From Okamejei kenojei (lineage: Eukaryota), in contig CM069161.1 in assembly GCA_035221665.1 (NCBI GenBank), forward strand, positions 2,666,001 through 2,730,000: a stretch of 64,000 bases of DNA, given 5' to 3'. Every line of letters begins with the position of its first letter. The first letter of the stretch is position 1. Shown piece by piece: positions 61,229 through 64,000 of this stretch. Below the pieces are notes generated by a model that saw only the letters and a program-made list of their open reading frames with translations, had not been told where the DNA came from and did no database searches. A program made the translations under genes and the position numbers.

Positions 61229-62937
61229 TTACACTGAGCCTCATTGTAACACTACCTGAGGCAACAGACAATTAAAAGAAAAACTTAATGGATGCATTTA
61301 TTTCCTTTATTTCCCCTTTCCCTCCCCTCCTCTACCTCCCTCTCTTATTTTCCTCTCCCCCAGTATCACATCATCTAACCTTTCCATGGCTGCCTTCTAT
61401 GCTGTTTGATTCGATTATGGCAGAGCCAAAATGTATCTGACAACCTTGCCTGCCAATTCTCCATTACAGCAATGTTGAACCTGTGGGAGAATATATTTTC
61501 ATTAATCGTCTTTGGATTATACAGGATCTGAGAGCTTTCAAACATCTGAGCAGTTTCAGAGAACAGGGAATCAATAATTAATTTAGTTACTTCAACCACA
61601 CCAAGTGTGTTTCATAAGTATTTATTATTCAGTTAATTTACACTGCAGTTTACACTTGGAAACAGCCAATTTGAGAGCTATGAGGTAGTGGTGTATGGTT
61701 CAGACACTGTCTGGGAATAACTGAGTCATTTATATTTGCTGTACTATAGATTTTTTTTGATGTATCTGACAATTGATATGGTTTGTTGTAACATAAATGA
61801 GTTATGACCAGCAAAAAAATAAATAAACGCTGAACCGTTTGTGATTATTGCAATATTCCAACTGTTTTGTTGATCTCTGACAGGTGAAGGGCAGGGTATA
61901 GCAGAGTGAATAATTTCCAGTTTGCTCCTGGACTCTAAAACCAACATGGGTCTGAAGCACATTGCACAAACAGTTTGGTTTGCCTACCAGTCAAACTCGG
62001 GAGCAAAAACCAAATGGCCACATCAGGTTTTACATTCAGGATTCTCATGGATAGAGCCAGGAATTCCTGTCGAGGTAAGCAGGGTGGGGGTTGGAGGGGG
62101 CGTTGTGTGTGCTGTGGGAGGCGGGGGGCAGGCCGCTACTTCTGACCATTTTCAACCGTTGCCGCAAACTCTTGTAACTCCATGACCAAAAAAGAGTTTA
62201 TAAAACATTGCCATTGGCTCTTTTATCCTGAGAGCTATTTTCTTCTGTCCAAATTATTTTACTATGACATGTGTGTAAACACAATAGGGTTGTAGTTGTC
62301 AAGGATCTTAACTTTCCCAATATTAACTAGGATTGCCTTAGAACAGGGGGCTTAGATGGGATGGGATCTGTAAAATACATTCAAGGGGGGTATTTAAAGC
62401 AGTATGCAGAGAGTCCTTCTAGGCTGGGATTGTGCTTGGCCGAGCATTAGCGATTGAGAATGAGCAAGTAGTGACCATAACTTGGTAAGTTTCAAGGTTG
62501 TCATTAAAAATATGCCGTTGGTCCAACGGGAGATAGGGTCTTAAAATGAGAGGTGACTATAATTTTGTTTATCAGATAATTAGGAACAGAGAGCTTAGAT
62601 AGTCCTTTTCCCAGGATGGGGGTGTCTGGAAGTAGAGTGTGCGAGGCGAGGGGAAGCAATTCAAAGGAGATCTTGAAGGATGTGAAGAGTCCCTTTAAAA
62701 GATTTCCATTCTAACTATAGAACTTTAGAAACCATTCAGTTACTAAAGCCTGCTTTGTCACATCATTGGATCACAACTAATCTGCAGCTTCATATCTACC
62801 CGTCCTAGCTCTTTATCCATTTTCTTCGCCATTTTCCATACCCCTATGGGTTTTGATCATTGAGGGATGCACATTTCTCTCCCCATTTACATGTAACAAA
62901 TCTTTCCTGATTTCACAACCAAGTAACCCAGACTTAG

Positions 62938-63407
62938 TCATAGAAACATAGAAACATAGGTGCAGGAGGAGGCCACTCGGCCCTTGGAGCCAGCACCGCC
63001 ATTCAATGTGATCGTGGCTGATCGTCCTCAATCAATAACCCGTGCCTGACTTCTCCCCATATCCCCTGATTCCACTAGCACCTAGAGCTCCATCTAACTC
63101 TCTCTTAAATCCATCCAGTGATTTGGCCTCCACTGCCCTCTGTGGCAGGGAATTCCACAAATTCATAACTCTCTGGGTGAAAAAGTTTTTTCTCACCTCA
63201 GTCTTAAATGGCCTCCCCTTTATTCTAAGACTGTGGCCCCTGGTTCTGGACTCACCCAACATTGGGAACATTTTTCCTGCATCTAGCTTGTCCAGTCCTT
63301 TTATAATTTTATATGTTTCTATAAGATTCCCCCTCATCCTTCTAAACTCCAGTGAATACAAGCCTAGTCTTTTCAACCTTTCCTCATATGACAGTCCCAC
63401 CATCCCT
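62938..63407 (-). mobile_element. CR1 LINE 3' end
   Basis: GLSYEERLKRLGLYSLEFRRMRGNLIETYKI...NFFTQRVMNLWNSLP and a (CATAGAAA)n tail. Confidence 0.93.
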
Positions 63408-63544
63408 ATTATGCCAAAAAAGAAATGGAAATCTGAGATAAAAACTGAAAGTGCTGAAAACATTCAGCTCAGGCAGCATCCGTGGAAAGGGAAATAGGAA
63501 ACGTTTAGCGTTTGATGATGGGTTGCATTTGGTATTCTTGTGTT

Positions 63545-64000
63545 CACGGTCCAAGGCATCGAGCGTAAGAGTTGGGATGGCATGTTGCAGCTGTACAAAA
63601 TATTCGTTAGACTGCATTTGAAGTCCTGCTTCCAATTCTGCAGGAAGGAGGTGGTAGCGATAGAGAGAGTGCAGAGGATATTCAGAAGGGTGTTGCCTGG
63701 GAAAGAGAGCAGTAGTCAAAAGGAGAGATTGGATATTGGGTAGGCTGAGTTTATTCCCATTGGAGCCGAGGAGGCTGAGAGTGACCTGGCAGAGGTTTAT
63801 AAAATGATAAGCGGCACGGATAGGATAAATAGTCAGATACCTTTTCCCAGGGCTGGGAAAACTTTAGAACTTTAGAAGGCACTGGTTTAAGGTGAGAGGG
63901 AGAAATTTAAGGGAGATCTGAGGGGTAAGAGAGAGTGGTAAATATCTGCTAAGAGCTGGCAGAGGGACGATGGGGGGGGGAGATATGGTTATAACATTTA
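63545..64000 (+). mobile_element. Older CR1 3' fragment (runs off the window)
   Basis: LQLYKIFVRLHLKSCFQF...IERVQRIFRRVLPG peptide. Confidence 0.8.

Noticed and set aside
63042-63497. 151-aa plus-strand ORF
   Set aside because: It is the antisense shadow of the CR1 ORF2 C-terminus.

Overview
Repeat-dense, non-coding eukaryotic DNA. The repeat families (HE1/V-SINE-like tRNA SINEs, CR1, Rex1/Babar, Penelope-like elements, SacSINE1/Deu-like relics) point to a cartilaginous fish, probably a skate or ray; this is inference from family recognition. I could not recognise any intact host protein-coding gene, so the window reads as a large intron or gene desert. All long ORFs are retroelement fragments: a ~3.2 kb CR1 (minus), a ~2 kb Rex1/Babar RT, an L1 3' fragment nested in a Gypsy 3' end, Penelope RT/GIY-YIG fragments and RTE relics. 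There are also several non-autonomous DNA transposons with visible TIRs and TSDs. The most interesting signals are RNA-level. (i) A 169-bp retroposon at 10363-10531 (minus) starts exactly at a compact HDV-like ribozyme fold whose core closely resembles the mammalian CPEB3 ribozyme, and it sits inside a Penelope element. (ii) Many short Penelope-derived units carry minimal hammerhead ribozyme motifs; several are fold-back palindromes with their own 9-16 bp TSDs. Coordinates of decayed repeats are approximate. No database searches were run, and family names come from recalled consensus features.
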